64,000 bases of DNA from Fonticula alba ATCC 38817 (lineage: Eukaryota; Protista; Nucleariida), in NCBI GenBank assembly GCA_000388065.2, contig KB932201.1. The stretch is one strand, 5' to 3'. Shown here one piece after another: positions 12,157-25,297 of the stretch. A program made the position numbers and the translations under genes. The notes beneath the pieces were generated by a model. It did no database searches. It was given only the letters and a program-made list of their open reading frames with translations, and had not been told where the DNA came from. The stretch's first letter is position 1. Each line of letters opens with the position of its first letter.

Positions 12157-15100
12157 CCCACTTGTCGAACAGCCGGCAACAAGGGGAACAATGAGACAGA
12201 GCCCCACATAGGTGATGGAAAAGGAGCCGGAGAGCGAATTCCGGGCCAGGCCACGTACCTCCGACTGCAAGGACGAAAAGTGCCGAGACAGACCGACAAG
12301 GATGCGGATGATCAGGTGCACCTCCTCCAGGTCAAAGAGGGACACCGTGCGCCCGGAAGCAGAGGGGTTGCTCAGGAAGGAAGAATAGTCATGCAGGATC
12401 ATCATAATCAGCTCACGGTGTGCGGCCACAAAGGCAGCCACCCGCCGAGCAACCAGCAAGTTCGACCGACAAGTGAGCAACATGCAGCAGACCAGCTCCA
12501 GCACCGGCTTAAAGGTGAAGTGGTAACGATCAGACTGGCTCAGGTCGCGGGACGCGTCTCCTGCCGGATGGGATCGGATGAGGGGAGAGGAGTGGAGACA
12601 GCGAAGGGCAAAGAACGAGAAGGGGGAGCGATTGGGAGGGTCAGCGACCGGATGAATTGGCGGTCGAGAAACAGACGAAAGCCAGGGGGGGGGGGGGCGG
12701 AGCGGGGCAAACGTACGACCAGCGACGGACTCCTGCTCGGTCGGCCGGTTCTGGAAATACTGGCAGAAGGTCAAGACATCCAGGAGCCGGTGCTCGAAGA
12801 GGAAGAGCGCCCCACTCGGGATGGAGCAGAGCCGAATGAAGAGCGACAAGCGGACCTCCTGCAGGAGAATCATGTTGAGCAGGGAGTCTGGGTGGGTGTG
12901 GGTGTGTGCAGAGACCGAGCAAGGAAGGGACAGAGCATGTCAGAGCCCCTGGCCATTGACAGGGAGACAAAGACAGGGGGGAGGGGGGGGGGTGGCGAGG
13001 AGAGAGGAAGGCAGCAAAAGACGAGGGGAGAAGAACAGGCATGATTGCATTCGTACCGGACCCAGAGACGATGGCTTCACTGATGAGGGCATCATCCTCC
13101 TGCAGGCTGTGAATGAGCTGCGGCAAGCCAAAGTGCGGCAGGTACTGGGCAAATGTAGAGGACTTGGCGGCAGACGAGATGAGAACATTCAAAGCCGAAA
13201 GGGCCTGGATACGCTGGATCGGCGGGGCGCTCAGGCAGTCACGCGCCAGACAGTTGAACAGGGACATCCCTTCATGGCAGAAGAGCCCCAAATCGTCGAT
13301 CGACACGAAGCGGATCAGGGCACTGAGCGCCGAGAAGAGGGTGCCACGGAAAGCCTGATACCAGACACAAACCGGCCGCCACGATGAGGAAACGGGGGCA
13401 GGGCAGCGGGGAGGGGGATGAGTTTCACGGTGCGCAGTGGGGCCCGCGGACGAGCCAACAAAGGGCAGAGAGAGGGAGAGGGAGGGGGGGGGGAGCAGAG
13501 GAAAGCCAGGTCGTACCACGGTCGACTCGACAGAGATGATGGCAGCAGTGATGGAGAGGATGATGTGGCTGAGGTGATCGGCAAACAGATAGTCAAGACT
13601 CTGTGTCGGGATTGAGTGCGGAGGGAATGACGGGGTGAGTGAGGAGAAAAAGATGGAGGCAGGCGATGTGGTCGGCCTTAGACCAGAAGGCGAGAGAGGG
13701 GAAGGGCAGAGCGAGCGAGGAGAGGTGCGTGGTAAAAACCTACCGAGGCCGAAACGAGGTCCGAGCACATGGCGAGCACCAGGGACGCCATCGACTCGGA
13801 GAAGCCGGGATTCAGCGAGAGGTTCNNNNNNNNNNNNNNNNNNNNNNNNNNNNNNNNNNNNNNNNNNNNNNNNNNNNNNNNNNNNNNNNNNNNNNNNNNN
13901 NNNNNNNNNNNNNNNNNNNNNNNNNNNNNNNNNNNNNNNNNNNNNNNNNNNNNNNNNNNNNNNNNNNNNNNNNNNNNNNNNNNNNNNNNNNNNNNNNNNN
14001 NNNNNNNNNNNNNNNNNNNNNNNNNNNNNNNNNNNNNNNNNNNNNNNNNNNNNNNNNNNNNNNNNNNNNNNNNNNNNNNNNNNNNNNNNNNNNNNNNNNN
14101 NNNNNNNNNNNNNNNNNNNNNNNNNNNNNNNNNNNNNNNNNNNNNNNNNNNNNNNNNNNNNNNNNNNNNNNNNNNNNNNNNNNNNNNNNNNNNNNNNNNN
14201 NNNNNNNNNNNNNNNNNNNNNNNNNNNNNNNNNNNNNNNNNNNNNNNNNNNNNNNGACCAATGGCGAAGAGGGAGAGGAGGACGTACGGGCCGAGGAATC
14301 CGAGTTGTCAACTGGCGCGCTATCAAACAAGGCGTCAATAAGAGCCTCGTTGGCGTCACGCGGTCCATGCGTCGAGGTGATGTGCAGTTCGATGGAGCAG
14401 ATGCGCAGGAGGACCGAAATGGTGTCCAGATAGACCCCGAGTCCCTGATTGCTGGAGACGATTTCTTGCGGTGGTGCTGACCACGCCGGCATCAAGCACA
14501 TACAAAACACACAGGTGAGCATGTGCGACATGGCAAGGGGGAGGCCGGAAAGAGAGGCCAATGTGCACACCGGCGGGGGGGAGGGGGGAGGGGGGGGGGG
14601 CAACGCACCAAAAGGCATGCGCGAAAGGTGGCGCAGGACAAAACCATCCAGGGAGGACCGCAGGAAGCTGGACACGCGGAGGCGCGAGTCGCGATTTGAC
14701 AGCAACTGCAGGAGCAGCGAATAGCACTTGAATGCCAGAAGGGGTTGCTGCGGTGGGAGTTAGCGGAGAAAGGCCGGGAAAGACAAGAACGTCGAGGCAT
14801 CGTTCAGGGGAAGGTGGAACAGAGTGAGCCCAGGGAATGGGGAGAGCGCACCACACACACGAGGTTCCCACACGAGTTCAGGGCTTGATCCAGCAGGGCA
14901 ACGATGGCGTGCAGGCAGGACGAGCGCTTCTGAAGGGACTGGGCATCTGAGAGAGGGAAAGAGCATGGGAAGGAAGCATCGAGAAGAAGGAAGGGTGAGA
15001 GGCGGGCTGGGAGGGGATGGAGGCGGGGGGAGGGAGAGAGAGAGAGAAGAAGAAGGAAAAGGAGACAGCCAGACAGAAGGCCAGGCAAAAGGCCAGACAG

Positions 15101-17378
15101 AAAGCCAGACACAAAGCCAGAGAGAGGACAAAAAGGCGCGAAGTTTGGCGCACCCTGGAAGACGGTGGCACTCATGGGATTGGCAATGTCGAACCCCAAC
15201 AAGAAGTGACCGATGCTTGGGAAGGGCGTCTGCCGGATGGACGTCGAGAGGAGCGAGAGAATCTCGATGCGCAGGGCCGAAGGGGTGCACCGACCCGGGC
15301 GATCATCATAGACAGGGGCGACTTCGGCCGACAGGCGAAGCTTGAAGGCGTCCATGATATCGGCCGCCAGCAAGGAAGTGGAGATGATGTTCACCAGGCG
15401 GTTACCGGAGCCGGACTTGTATCGCATACGCGGCGACAGGGCCAAACGGCTGAACACCTGGACCGCGGTCAGCGCACAGGGCAGGGACTTCTGGCACCCG
15501 ACAAAGAGGGCCGTCTGGATGAGGCTTGTCGGGCCATCCAGCAGCAGGAGCATCTCCAGCCAGCTCGGGCGCCGGCCGAGGAAATCCGATCCAAGAAGCT
15601 GGCTGTCCCGGCTGAGGATCTCGTGGATGGCGTCCTGTCGCTGCAGGGTGCTGAGCAGGCAGCGCAGCGCCGAGTGTGCGATCCCGGCGTAGAAGTCCAC
15701 CGGCGGCTTGGAATCCACCAGCTCCTTGCCGGACTTGATGACAGTGAGGATCTACGATGCCGAGAAGAAGAGCATGGCGATGGGGGGGGGGAGCATGTTA
15801 GAACACCAAACCCCGGCAAAAGTACCATGGAAACCGGAGAAGAAAGACGCACTTCACCGAGAAGTGGCGACCCACAAAGGATCGACGCAAGGAGATACAC
15901 AGCGGGGTGGTAGAGGCCGTTCCACCCGGCAGGAACGGGCGCCCGAGCACCGGATGCAGTGGAGCTGCCCTGAGGACTTCCCCCACTCCCGGCACCGCCC
16001 ATGGACGAGCCATCCATGGCCGAGTCGTGCATGGAGTAGATGCTGGAAGTGCCGAGACCGGGGCCATGGCCGAACTGGGAGGTGGTAGCCATGCCGGCGC
16101 CGGTGAACCCGGCTGTCATCTGACCACCCGTCGAGGTGGATCCGGAGGCAGAGACCGGCAGGGAGTAGGGCTCCTGTGGGTTGAACTCCTCGAGGAGGAG
16201 GGCGACAAAGTTCAGGCCCAAAGAGAGGATCGTCCACTGGTCCCGGATGTTCCTACATGTGTTTGCGGAGGCCGATGGTGATATAAAAAGGGGGGAGTGA
16301 AAAGAGCAAGGAGTTAGCGGACAGGGGAGGGCCGGGGGATGACCGGGGGACAAGAAGGGAGGAGCAGGAAGCCGAGGACTTGGACAGCCCGAGAGAGGGA
16401 GAAAGGAAGGGGGAGGGGGAGGGGGAGGGGGAGGGGGAGAGAGAGAGGAAGAGAGAGTAACGCACCGGCACGGGAGATGCCGCGCCCGAATGAGGCAGGT
16501 GCCGACCACGAAGTCCAAATAGCGACGCAGATCCAGGCCATCCGGGGTACCAAACTTGAGCATGGTGCAGAGCATCCGCAAGAAGGCAATAGTCATGGGA
16601 TAGGAGGCGTTCTTCACCTCAATGTTGTGGAACTCGAAGGCAATGCCACCTGGGGTAGGACAAACGGTGTGATGAGGGTCAGAGGACGCAGGAAGAAGGG
16701 GAGACGGAAATGCGGAAACACTACGGATAGGGGGGGGGGGGGGACGAGCTGTCACACGAGTGTGCCCATCATCCATCAGAGGGGGAGGGGGGAGAAACAG
16801 AGAGAAAGAGAGGGGCAGGGGGGGGGAGGCAGGGAAGAAGAAGGAGAGTACGCACCCTCCGGGTTGATGATGTGCGACCCCTCCAGGTGTTGCCACACAC
16901 GCAGAACCACATCCGGCGTCTGGCACAGGGCATCGAGCACGCCAAACAGAGAGGCCTTCAGCTGGGTCGGCACGGGGGAGACCACCAGCACGCAAAGCGA
17001 ATCGAAGGTCGCCCAGTTGGGATTCCCGAGGATCAGCTGCCGAGCCTCGGCGTCTTCCAGCACCAGACGCCGGGTGGCATCCAGGCAGTCGATCAGGATG
17101 CGAGCTTCATTCGGGAGGATCTTGCGCTCCTCGCCCATGTGTAGCCCGAAGGCGGAGGCATACTTGCCAAGCGAGGTGAAGAAGAGGGACCAGGAGGTCC
17201 TGTTTGTCGGGCAAAGGAAGCAAAAGCAAGGGGGGCATGGGGACGGCCGGTGGAGCACAGACGGTGAGGGGATTTGGACACAATGTGGCAGGGGCCAACG
17301 GCCTCGGAAGGGAGACGTACCCAGGGATAGGCTGGTCATACTCGAAGTCCACAGAGACCATTGGCTCGGGCGGTCCCT
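10757..17378 (-). CDS. NUP205: Nuclear pore scaffold protein Nup205/Nup192, multi-exon, spans an N-gap; both ends uncertain
   Basis: Spliced blocks SWSLFFTSLGKY...ARQLILGNPNW...VSPVPTQLKASLFGVLDALCQTPDVVLRVWQHLEGSHII, EFHNIEVKNASYPMTIAFLRML, IRDQWTILSLGLNFVALLLEEF and LFIRLCSIPSGALFLFEHRLLDVL are collinear with remembered NUP205 motifs (SWEHFF, IPPVLKAELL, NEIESRCEEYPLTRAF, EKWEVAEVVL). Confidence 0.8.
13826..14255. other. Assembly gap (N) inside Nup205
   Basis: Run of N. Confidence 1.
15068..15123. repeat. Degenerate 12-bp tandem repeat (GCCAGACAGAAR, about 4.5 copies) in a Nup205 intron
   Basis: Units start at 15068, 15080, 15092, 15104 and 15116. Confidence 0.8.
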
Positions 17379-18606
17379 GGCGCGAGGGGAGGAGGCAGGA
17401 GTGGCACCCCAGGAGACCAGCAAAGGCAGCAAGCGGACAGGCGGGATGAGTGGGGAGAAAGGGGGGAAGATGGATACAGGGGGCAAGATTTGGGGCAGCT
17501 GGTGACCAGGTGGTAGGAAAGGGGGAAGGGGGAGGAGGGGGAGAATTCTGGCCCAGCGCGCCCGGAGCGCCGACAGCCGAATGGCCTGCCTTTGTGAGGG
17601 CGGCTTGCCACCGATCCCGGCTCGGGGACTCGGCCCGGCGGCAGCACACTCTAGTGCCTACCGGCGCCCTGGGACTGGGGGGGGGGGGGGGGCTGGGGGG
17701 AGGCTCCAAAGTCGAGAGAAAGAGAGGGGGAGCGAGGGAATTGCGAGACACTTCAGCGCCCACAAGACGTTGGGTCTGGTACGCGTGTGCGGGGGCCGGA
17801 CCGCCGTACAGGCGGGAACAACAGAGAGTTCGGGGGGGCGGGGGGACACCGCGAGCGCCGGAAGAAACTGCCGCGTGACAAAATCGGGTGCTCCATCTGC
17901 GAACTGCCAACCTTCTTCCGTGCTCGGGCAAGGCACATGCCGTTGTATAGGTCCATCGGGCAGGGATTGAGGGGTCTCTTGGGTGTGGTTGATCGTTATG
18001 GTTTATTCTTCGACGTGGAGGCAGGTCCGACACACTAATGGCAGGGAGCAACGGAGGCAGTTGTCATCAGGCTCTTCTCCACTCCCTCGAAAAGAGGGGA
18101 GGAGGCTGGAAACACCACACTTGTCTCCGTAACTACTGGGGGGAGGGAGAAAGATGGCGAGGCCAGCGAACCGATGGAAACTGTGGGAACAAGTACAAAG
18201 GGATGAGAGAGATAGAGAGAGGGAAGAAGAGAGAGAGAGAGAGAGAGAGAGAGGGAAGAAGAGAGACCCATAGCTTGGAGTCCATGGCCCGGAGTCGAAG
18301 GACCGGTGGAGGCAGAGATGGAACGATGGCGGGGGCTCTATTACACGACGGCGGGAGATACTTCATGGAGCAGACGTATGAAGAGGGGCACAACAGCGAG
18401 GAGTAGAGGTGGGAAAGAGACATAGAAGGCACAAGGACAGGATGATACTTGACAAAAATGGGTGTTCTTGTAGGGGGGGGGGGGGGTAGAGGCAAGAGGG
18501 GGAGAGAAAGGGAGATAGATCGATGAGGAAATATCCTCGCTCATGCGGAGCATGGCAGTGGGTGGTGAGGAGGGGAAGACCAGCCGATGAGGCAGGACGA
18601 GAGAGA

Positions 18607-20908
18607 CTAGGAGAGATGTTCGGCGCGAGGGGCCACAAGACCACTGGCCGAGGGCTCCGCGAGGCTGCCCCCACCCGAGGAGACAGTGGCCACTGTGGCG
18701 CCACTGCTGGCGACGTCTTCGCCTAGCCCGTCGCCACACATGTCCGAGTCGCTCAAGGCTGGGGCACTTGGCGGCACGAGGGAGGCAAGCAGGGGTGCCC
18801 GGAGGATGGACGCCGCCGCAGGCATGCTGGCCCCTGCGCCGAAGACCAGATGGCGCGGAGGAGTGGGTGGCGCATGCGCATGCACATGGCCTACATCCCC
18901 CATGTGGCTGGACTTATCCCCAGCATCATTTTCATCCTCATCATCATCATCATCGCTATCGAAGGCCTCCAGGGGCTTCGAGGGCTCCCGGTAAAGGCGC
19001 TCAATTGACGGGGAGTCCGGTGCAATTGCGGCATCCTCGGAGATGGCGGGCAATGGCGGCCCGGAAAGCCCGACTGTCAGGCCACCGGGGCCAGGAGATG
19101 AAAGCCGCGACCCGGCAGCCGAGGAAGGCGTCGAGCAGGATCCACTACGCTGGAGGGGGGCGAAGGCCAGTGTCGAAGGTGGCATATTGCTGATCGATGC
19201 CGCGCCAGAAGATGATGGATTCCAGGATTCCTCGTTGGCTGGGGATAAACGCTCGCATATCGACGAAGACCGGAGATAGGGCGAGTGGTTGAACTGCAGG
19301 AGGCACACAAAAGGGGGCAACGGCACCAGCACATGTGTGAATATACATGATCGCAAGAGGGAGAGCAAAGGCAGGAGCGAAGGAGCAGGCCAGGGCAGAT
19401 AGAGAGAGAGGGAGAGAGGAAGAGAGAGGAAGAGAGAGGAAGAGAGAGGAAGAGAGAGNNNNNNNNNNNNNNNNNNNNNNNNNNNNNNNNNNNNNNNNNN
19501 NNNNNNNNNNNNNNNNNNNNNNNNNNNNNNNNNNNNNNNNNNNNNNNNNNNNNNNNNNNNNNNNNNNNNNNNNNNNNNNNNNNNNNNNNNNNNNNNNNNN
19601 NNNNNNNNNNNNNNNNNNNNNNNNNNNNNNNNNNNNNNNNNNNNNNNNNNNNNNNNNNNNNNNNNNNNNNNNNNNNNNNNNNNNNNNNNNNNNNNNNNNN
19701 NNNNNNNNNNNNNNNNNNNNNNNNNNNNNNNNNNNNNNNNNNNNNNNNNNNNNNNNNNNNNNNNNNNNNNNNNNNNNNNNNNNNNNNNNNNNNNNNNNNN
19801 NNNNNNNNNNNNNNNNNNNNNNNNNNNNNNNNNNNNNNNNNNNNNNNNNNNNNNNNNNNNNNNNNNNNNNNNNNNNNNNNNNNNNNNNNNNNNNNNNNNN
19901 NNNNNNNNNNNNNNNNNNNNNNNNNNNNNNNNNNNNNNNNNNNNNNNNNNNNNNNNNNNNNNNNNNNNNNNNNNNNNNNNNNNNNNNNNNNNNNNNNNNN
20001 NNNNNNNNNNNNNNNNNNNNNNNNNNNNNNNNNNNNNNNNNNNNNNNNNNNNNNNNNNNNNNNNNNNNNNNNNNNNNNNNNNNNNNNNNNNNNNNNNNNN
20101 NNNNNNNNNNNNNNNNNNNNNNNNNNNNNNNNNNNNNNNNNNNATGATGGCCGCCGGCGAAATGGCCGCCGTGGTGGGCACACGCTCGAACAGGGGGGAA
20201 GTGTAGTCTGGCGACTTGCGAGCAGGGGGACGGTCCCCATTCGAGCCACCACCAGGGCCGCTGCTAGAACTGCCAGCCGCCAGTGGGAACTCGAACTCGG
20301 CTTCCTTTTGCAACTGGGCAATACGGTTGACTGAGGGCTGGGTGGGTGCATGCATGCATGTGTGCGTGTGTGTGTTCGTGTGTGTGCGTGTTCGTGTGTG
20401 TTCGTGTGTGTTCGTGTGTGTTCGTGTGTGTTCGTGTGTGTTCGTGTTCGTGTGTGTGTTTCACAGGCAAAACAGCGCAGTGTGAGTGAATCCGCTCGGA
20501 AGGCAAGGCAGGTGCAGAGGGAAGGAGGCAGGGAGGAGATGGGCGACAAAGGTGATGTGCGTACGGCGTTCGTCTCATTCAGACTCATGCGCCGAACCAG
20601 GCGGCCACCCAGAGCCGAGGCAATCTCATCATTGTCGCCATTGGCGATGGCAGCCATGAGAGCGGCGCTGGAAATGACTGCGTCCAGAGCACGATGTGAT
20701 GTTCGCCGACCGGGAGAGGGACCAGGGGCAGAGAGACTCCGGCCGAAGGGCAGCCCCCCGGACTTGGAGGCGGGCGAGGACAAGGACAGGGACAAGGACA
20801 GGGAAGAGGAGGAGGAAGAAGAAGACATGGAAGAGGAGGCAGAAGGTGTGGCCGGAACCGGTGTCACTGGGATTGGCTGATGGTGCGGCCACCGGGGGCC
20901 GGCCGTGC

Positions 20909-20941
<33 letters not shown>

Positions 20942-23900
20942 AAACAGCGGCCTTGGCCTTGCCAGCGCGGGCCAGGAGAGAAGGGCCGCCATGGGACCGG
21001 AGGCTGGGGCCGCTGGAGTCAACCATGTCCGATGCCATGAAGGACCCCGGTTGTGAAGCAGGGAGACCGCTGGCAGCAGGGGCCGAACGGGTCGATTCGA
21101 AGAGTGTCCGGCTGAGACTGGGAGCTGAAGCCCCTGCAGGGACCGGGGGCCGATCGCCATCCATGGTAATGGCAGTCCCCTCATCGGCCATCTCCACACA
21201 GGAGCTGCTTGAGGATGAAGCGCAACCAGCATCATCCTCCATGGAACTGTCACCGACATTGCCACTCTCGCCGATGATGGTTGCTTGAAGATCCTGCATG
21301 GGGGCCTCGGACTCCGGGGCCACCGAATCACCAGCCCCACCCAGGGAATCCGCCGGCAGGGGGAATCCCCAAGGGGCCGCCAGGTGGAGTGGGGCCGGAG
21401 GAGGCGCCGGTGTTGGTGGCAGGGGCGGAGGGGGCGGCGGAGGTCGCGGTGGGAGGACCGCCCCCGCACCGGCGGCAGGCCCCACGATGTCCGCTGAGAG
21501 ACCCCCAGCATGGGGACTCACTCCGCGCGAGGGTGCAGATCCTGGCGCTGTCTGAAAGACGGAACGCAGTGAGCTCTCCAACGGGTGGGAGGGCCCTCCG
21601 GAATCAGGGGCACCAGTGCCAGCCAGCAATGGCGACGAGGGAATCGAGGGCGAGGAACCAACAAACGGACCAACTAACGATGTGACAGGAAGGAATCGAA
21701 AGGGCGAGAGAGGGGGAGAGAGAGAGAGAGAGAGAGAAAGAGAAGGAGGGAGGAAGGGACAGGGAAAAGGAGAGGGATCAGTCTGATGTCGGGTGCGGGT
21801 GGCAAATAGCGGCAGAAGGAGGGGATTGAAGAATGGAAGGAAGGCCAATCGATGGCAAACACGCACTAGTCCGTGAGGGGGTCAATGGGGTGACTAAATC
21901 AGCCTGGAGCGGTGGCTGCGGGCTGTGCGGGGTCATTTCCCGGAGGGAGGGTGACTGTGAGCGGGAGCGGGAGCCGGAGGTGTTTGACGTCGCGCCGGGC
22001 ATCGGCCCCGTCGATGCGAGAAGCTGATCGCGCTCGATGCGCCGATCAGCCGATCGGTATTGCCGACGAACACGCCAGGACGCGGGATCCAAGTCGCCGC
22101 GCGTTGAACAAGCCGAGGGGGATCGCGAGCGGCGGAGACGCCGCCGGCGTTCGGAGCGCCCGCTGCCGGAGCTCGAGCGGCCGGCTGACCATTGGACCAT
22201 TGACACCAAGTACCCCATCGGAAGGGGCTGGCGGCAAGCAGAACAACATATCCCCCCAGAAGGGGCTCCGGCGCTGACGCCACTGCCGCCCCCGGAGCTG
22301 AGACATGATGAAGGAGCCGGCTCCGGAAGAGGTGCAGACGCGGATGCAGGCACGGACGCCGAATCGCCAGGACTCCCGCCGAGGTTGGTGGCCGGGGGAT
22401 CCTCGCGGCAGGCTTGACAGAGGATGTCCCGCCAGCGGTGCAACCGCGGGGGGAGGGTCAGCATCGGGATCGAACTCGCATGATCGCCTCCACTGCTGAT
22501 GCCACCGCCTCCAGGAGACGGCGAAGGGGGAAGGGACCCGAAGGAGGACGAGCCGGAGGTCGATAACAGGGGAGCCGGCACCAGGGCAAGGGCCGGCCCC
22601 GGTGGAGGCGGGGACGCGCACACCGAGGAGGAGGAGGATGAAGAGGAGGGGGTCCGTGTTCCGGATGCCGAGCTCGGCCAGTCGAGGTCACTCTGCAAGA
22701 AAGAGAGCCCCTGGGAAGATGACGGGGGCTGATGGCCATGACCATGGCCGAGGAAGTGTCCATAAGCATGGGCAGCGGCCTGACCCCGAGGCCAGGGCCC
22801 GGGAGATGGGGATGCCGAGGAGTGTCGCCGGCGCGAATGGCTCGCAAGGCGGGGCCCATCGAAGGATCCGCCCGGTGCAGCAGGGAAGTCCCCATCCTCC
22901 TGTGGTCCCTCGAGGTCGGAATCACCGTCACTGTTGGATGTGTCGCTTGGCGAGGACGAGTCACAGGATGTTCCCCCGTCGGAATCCGAAGACCCACAGC
23001 TGAGGGAAAAGTCCGAGGACGAGGCGCCGGTGATGGGGCAAAACCCGGGCGAGGATGGGCAGCCCAAGGCCATGGCGGCAGGCAGGGTCGCCAGAGAGGA
23101 GGAAATTGGCGACCCAAGGAGGTCGGCCCCGGGAGAGGCGGTGCCCGACTGTTGCCCGGAGGGTGCGCCAGGGGCAGTGGAATGCTGCCGATGCGCGGCT
23201 GCCGCCGCCACATGGGCCAAAGAGCGCCCGGCCGATCGGCCGTACGACGACCGGGGACTCGAACTCCCACGGGAGCCGAGTGTGGGAAGGGAGTTGCGCC
23301 GGCGGAGGCCAAGCCTTGTGGACAAGAGAGAAGTCGAGGTGGCCGGTGCCGGTGGCTGTGGCGGCACGATTTGAGGTGGCGGGCCACGCTCGAAGGACCA
23401 GAAGCGTGGCAGACCGCGTGGCTGCTGGGGCTGGTGCGGCTGGTGCGGCTGGTGCGGCTGTGACGGCGAGGGGGATGGTGAGGGTGATGGGGAATGCTGA
23501 CCCTGAGAGCCAGCAGAGAAGCTGGTGGGCGAAGCCGAGGGGGATGACTCGAAGGTGAGGGAGATGCTGGTTCCAGCGGCTCCAGCGGCTCCAGCGGCTC
23601 CAGCGGCTCCAGCGGCTCCAGCGGCTCCGGTGAGTCCCGCAGACCCAGCGGCTGTGACGACCCCGGTGGCTCCGGTGATGCCAGCGGCCGGGGAGGAGTG
23701 TGCACTAGCACCGGGGCTTCGAGTGGACACCGGACTGGCAGGAAGGGTCGGGATCAGGCAACTGGTGGCCGATTGGACGAGGGCCGGGACGTCGGCAGTC
23801 GCAATCATGCTGTCTTCCTCCATGGTGGGCGGCCCGGGCACCGGCAAAGCCGCAGGCGGGGGAGGGGATGTCAAAGACCCGGGGGGATCACACATCCCGC

Positions 23901-23964
23901 CAGATTGCAAACTGCCCGACAGGAGTGCCGGTGACAGGGGGGGAGAAGAGGAGGAGGCATTGGC

Positions 23965-24003
<39 letters not shown>

Positions 24004-24868
24004 CTCGCCCGTGGCCGGGCAGAAGCTCAAACCCGAAGAGGGGCCAGGCTCCGGGGCGACCGGCAGCAGAGACCCGGTGTGCGGCGGAGACAAGTGTGCT
24101 GACCCGTGTCCTGGCGGCGAGTCGGCCGTGAGAGTGGCAAAGGCCGCCAAAATCGCCTGGTCGCGAGGCGCCGGCCGCCCGGAAATGTCGCTGGCACCGC
24201 TGCCACCAGGTGGCCAGGGGCGCTGACGGGCAAAGAGGGTGGCCTTGCGCGCATGCATCGCGGCGCGAGGCCGGAGATCCGGGTCAAAGTGCTTGCCGCG
24301 GGCTGGCGCGCCGAGGCGCGGCGAAGGGGGAGTGGCATGGTTCGGGTGGGCCGGCGGCGGGGCCGGCTTGTCGGGCGACCCGGAATCGAGACGGGCCGGC
24401 GGTTGTTCAGCCTGTGTCATGGGGGGGGATTCATTCGGGCCGGCAGAGGGGGCAGGCGGGGCAGATGGAGATGCAGGCGGAGGCACGGCCTGCTGACGGG
24501 CGTGCATCTGCTAGGCAAGCAGGCGGAGCGGGGGTGTATGATTGACACGGGGGGAGACGGCTGTGGGCAGAGGGGAGGCGGGGGGCGGGGGGGGGAGGAA
24601 GGAGGGGAGATGGATCGCGGCCAGTCAAAACCGGCCGCGATGGAAGGAGAGACGAAATCAAGGAAGAGTCGCCGGGGGAGGCAATCGCGGCGTGTCTAGC
24701 GGCGGCGGGAGCGGGGCAGGGATTGGGAACAATGCATTCGCAAACTTAACACGCATATGGCCGCACTTCAGGGAGGCGGGCGGCCGGAGGGGGGACGGGC
24801 ACAGCGAGAGGAAGGCCGGCAATCAGGATGCCAGACACGGAGATGGGGGAAGGGGAGGCAGAGGGCAT
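18607..24868 (-). CDS. Large Ser/Pro/Ala/Gly-rich, largely disordered protein of unknown function (roughly 1,800+ aa), spans an N-gap
   Basis: Long ORFs (21778-24507, 19077-21866, 18607-20355) are linked by plausible introns: 24766-24508, a GTGCGT donor near 21868 to the ttag acceptor near 21679, and an intron holding CACACGAA-type repeats near 20570-20345. Stop after RAEHLS at 18607. No family recognised. Confidence 0.55.
19459..20143. other. Assembly gap (N) after a (GAGAGAGGAA)n tract
   Basis: Run of N. Confidence 1.
20391..20440. repeat. (TTCGTGTGTG)5 minisatellite within a TG-rich intron
   Basis: Five perfect 10-bp copies read directly. Confidence 0.9.
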
Positions 24869-25027
24869 GGCGATGGTGAGACGGGGAAAGGAGCCTCGGA
24901 GGAAGCGGCGAAAGGGGCGTTGGTCGCACCTGCTGACGGGGAGGAGGGCGGGGGAGGAGGGGGGGGGGGGGGGGGGGGGGGGGGAGGGAGGCACCTGATT
25001 AGCATGCAGCCCGTCGCCACAGGGGGG

Positions 25028-25262
25028 NNNNNNNNNNNNNNNNNNNNNNNNNNNNNNNNNNNNNNNNNNNNNNNNNNNNNNNNNNNNNNNNNNNNNNNNN
25101 NNNNNNNNNNNNNNNNNNNNNNNNNNNNNNNNNNNNNNNNNNNNNNNNNNNNNNNNNNNNNNNNNNNNNNNNNNNNNNNNNNNNNNNNNNNNNNNNNNNN
25201 NNNNNNNNNNNNNNNNNNNNNNNNNNNNNNNNNNNNNNNNNNNNNNNNNNNNNNNNNNNNNN
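25028..25262. other. Assembly gap (N) flanked by G-runs
   Basis: Run of N. Confidence 1.

Positions 25263-25297
<35 letters not shown>

Noticed and set aside
18035-18495. Short minus-strand ORFs between the orphan gene and Nup205 (including MDSKLW) as Nup205 N-terminal exons
   Set aside because: Every splice combination I tried ends in a stop within ~50 codons, and there is no recognisable homology.
21799-21807. Exact GGTGGCAAA (yeast Rpn4/PACE) motifs here and near 54390
   Set aside because: They fall in an intron of the orphan gene and antisense in RPN2 coding sequence, not in the proteasome gene promoters.
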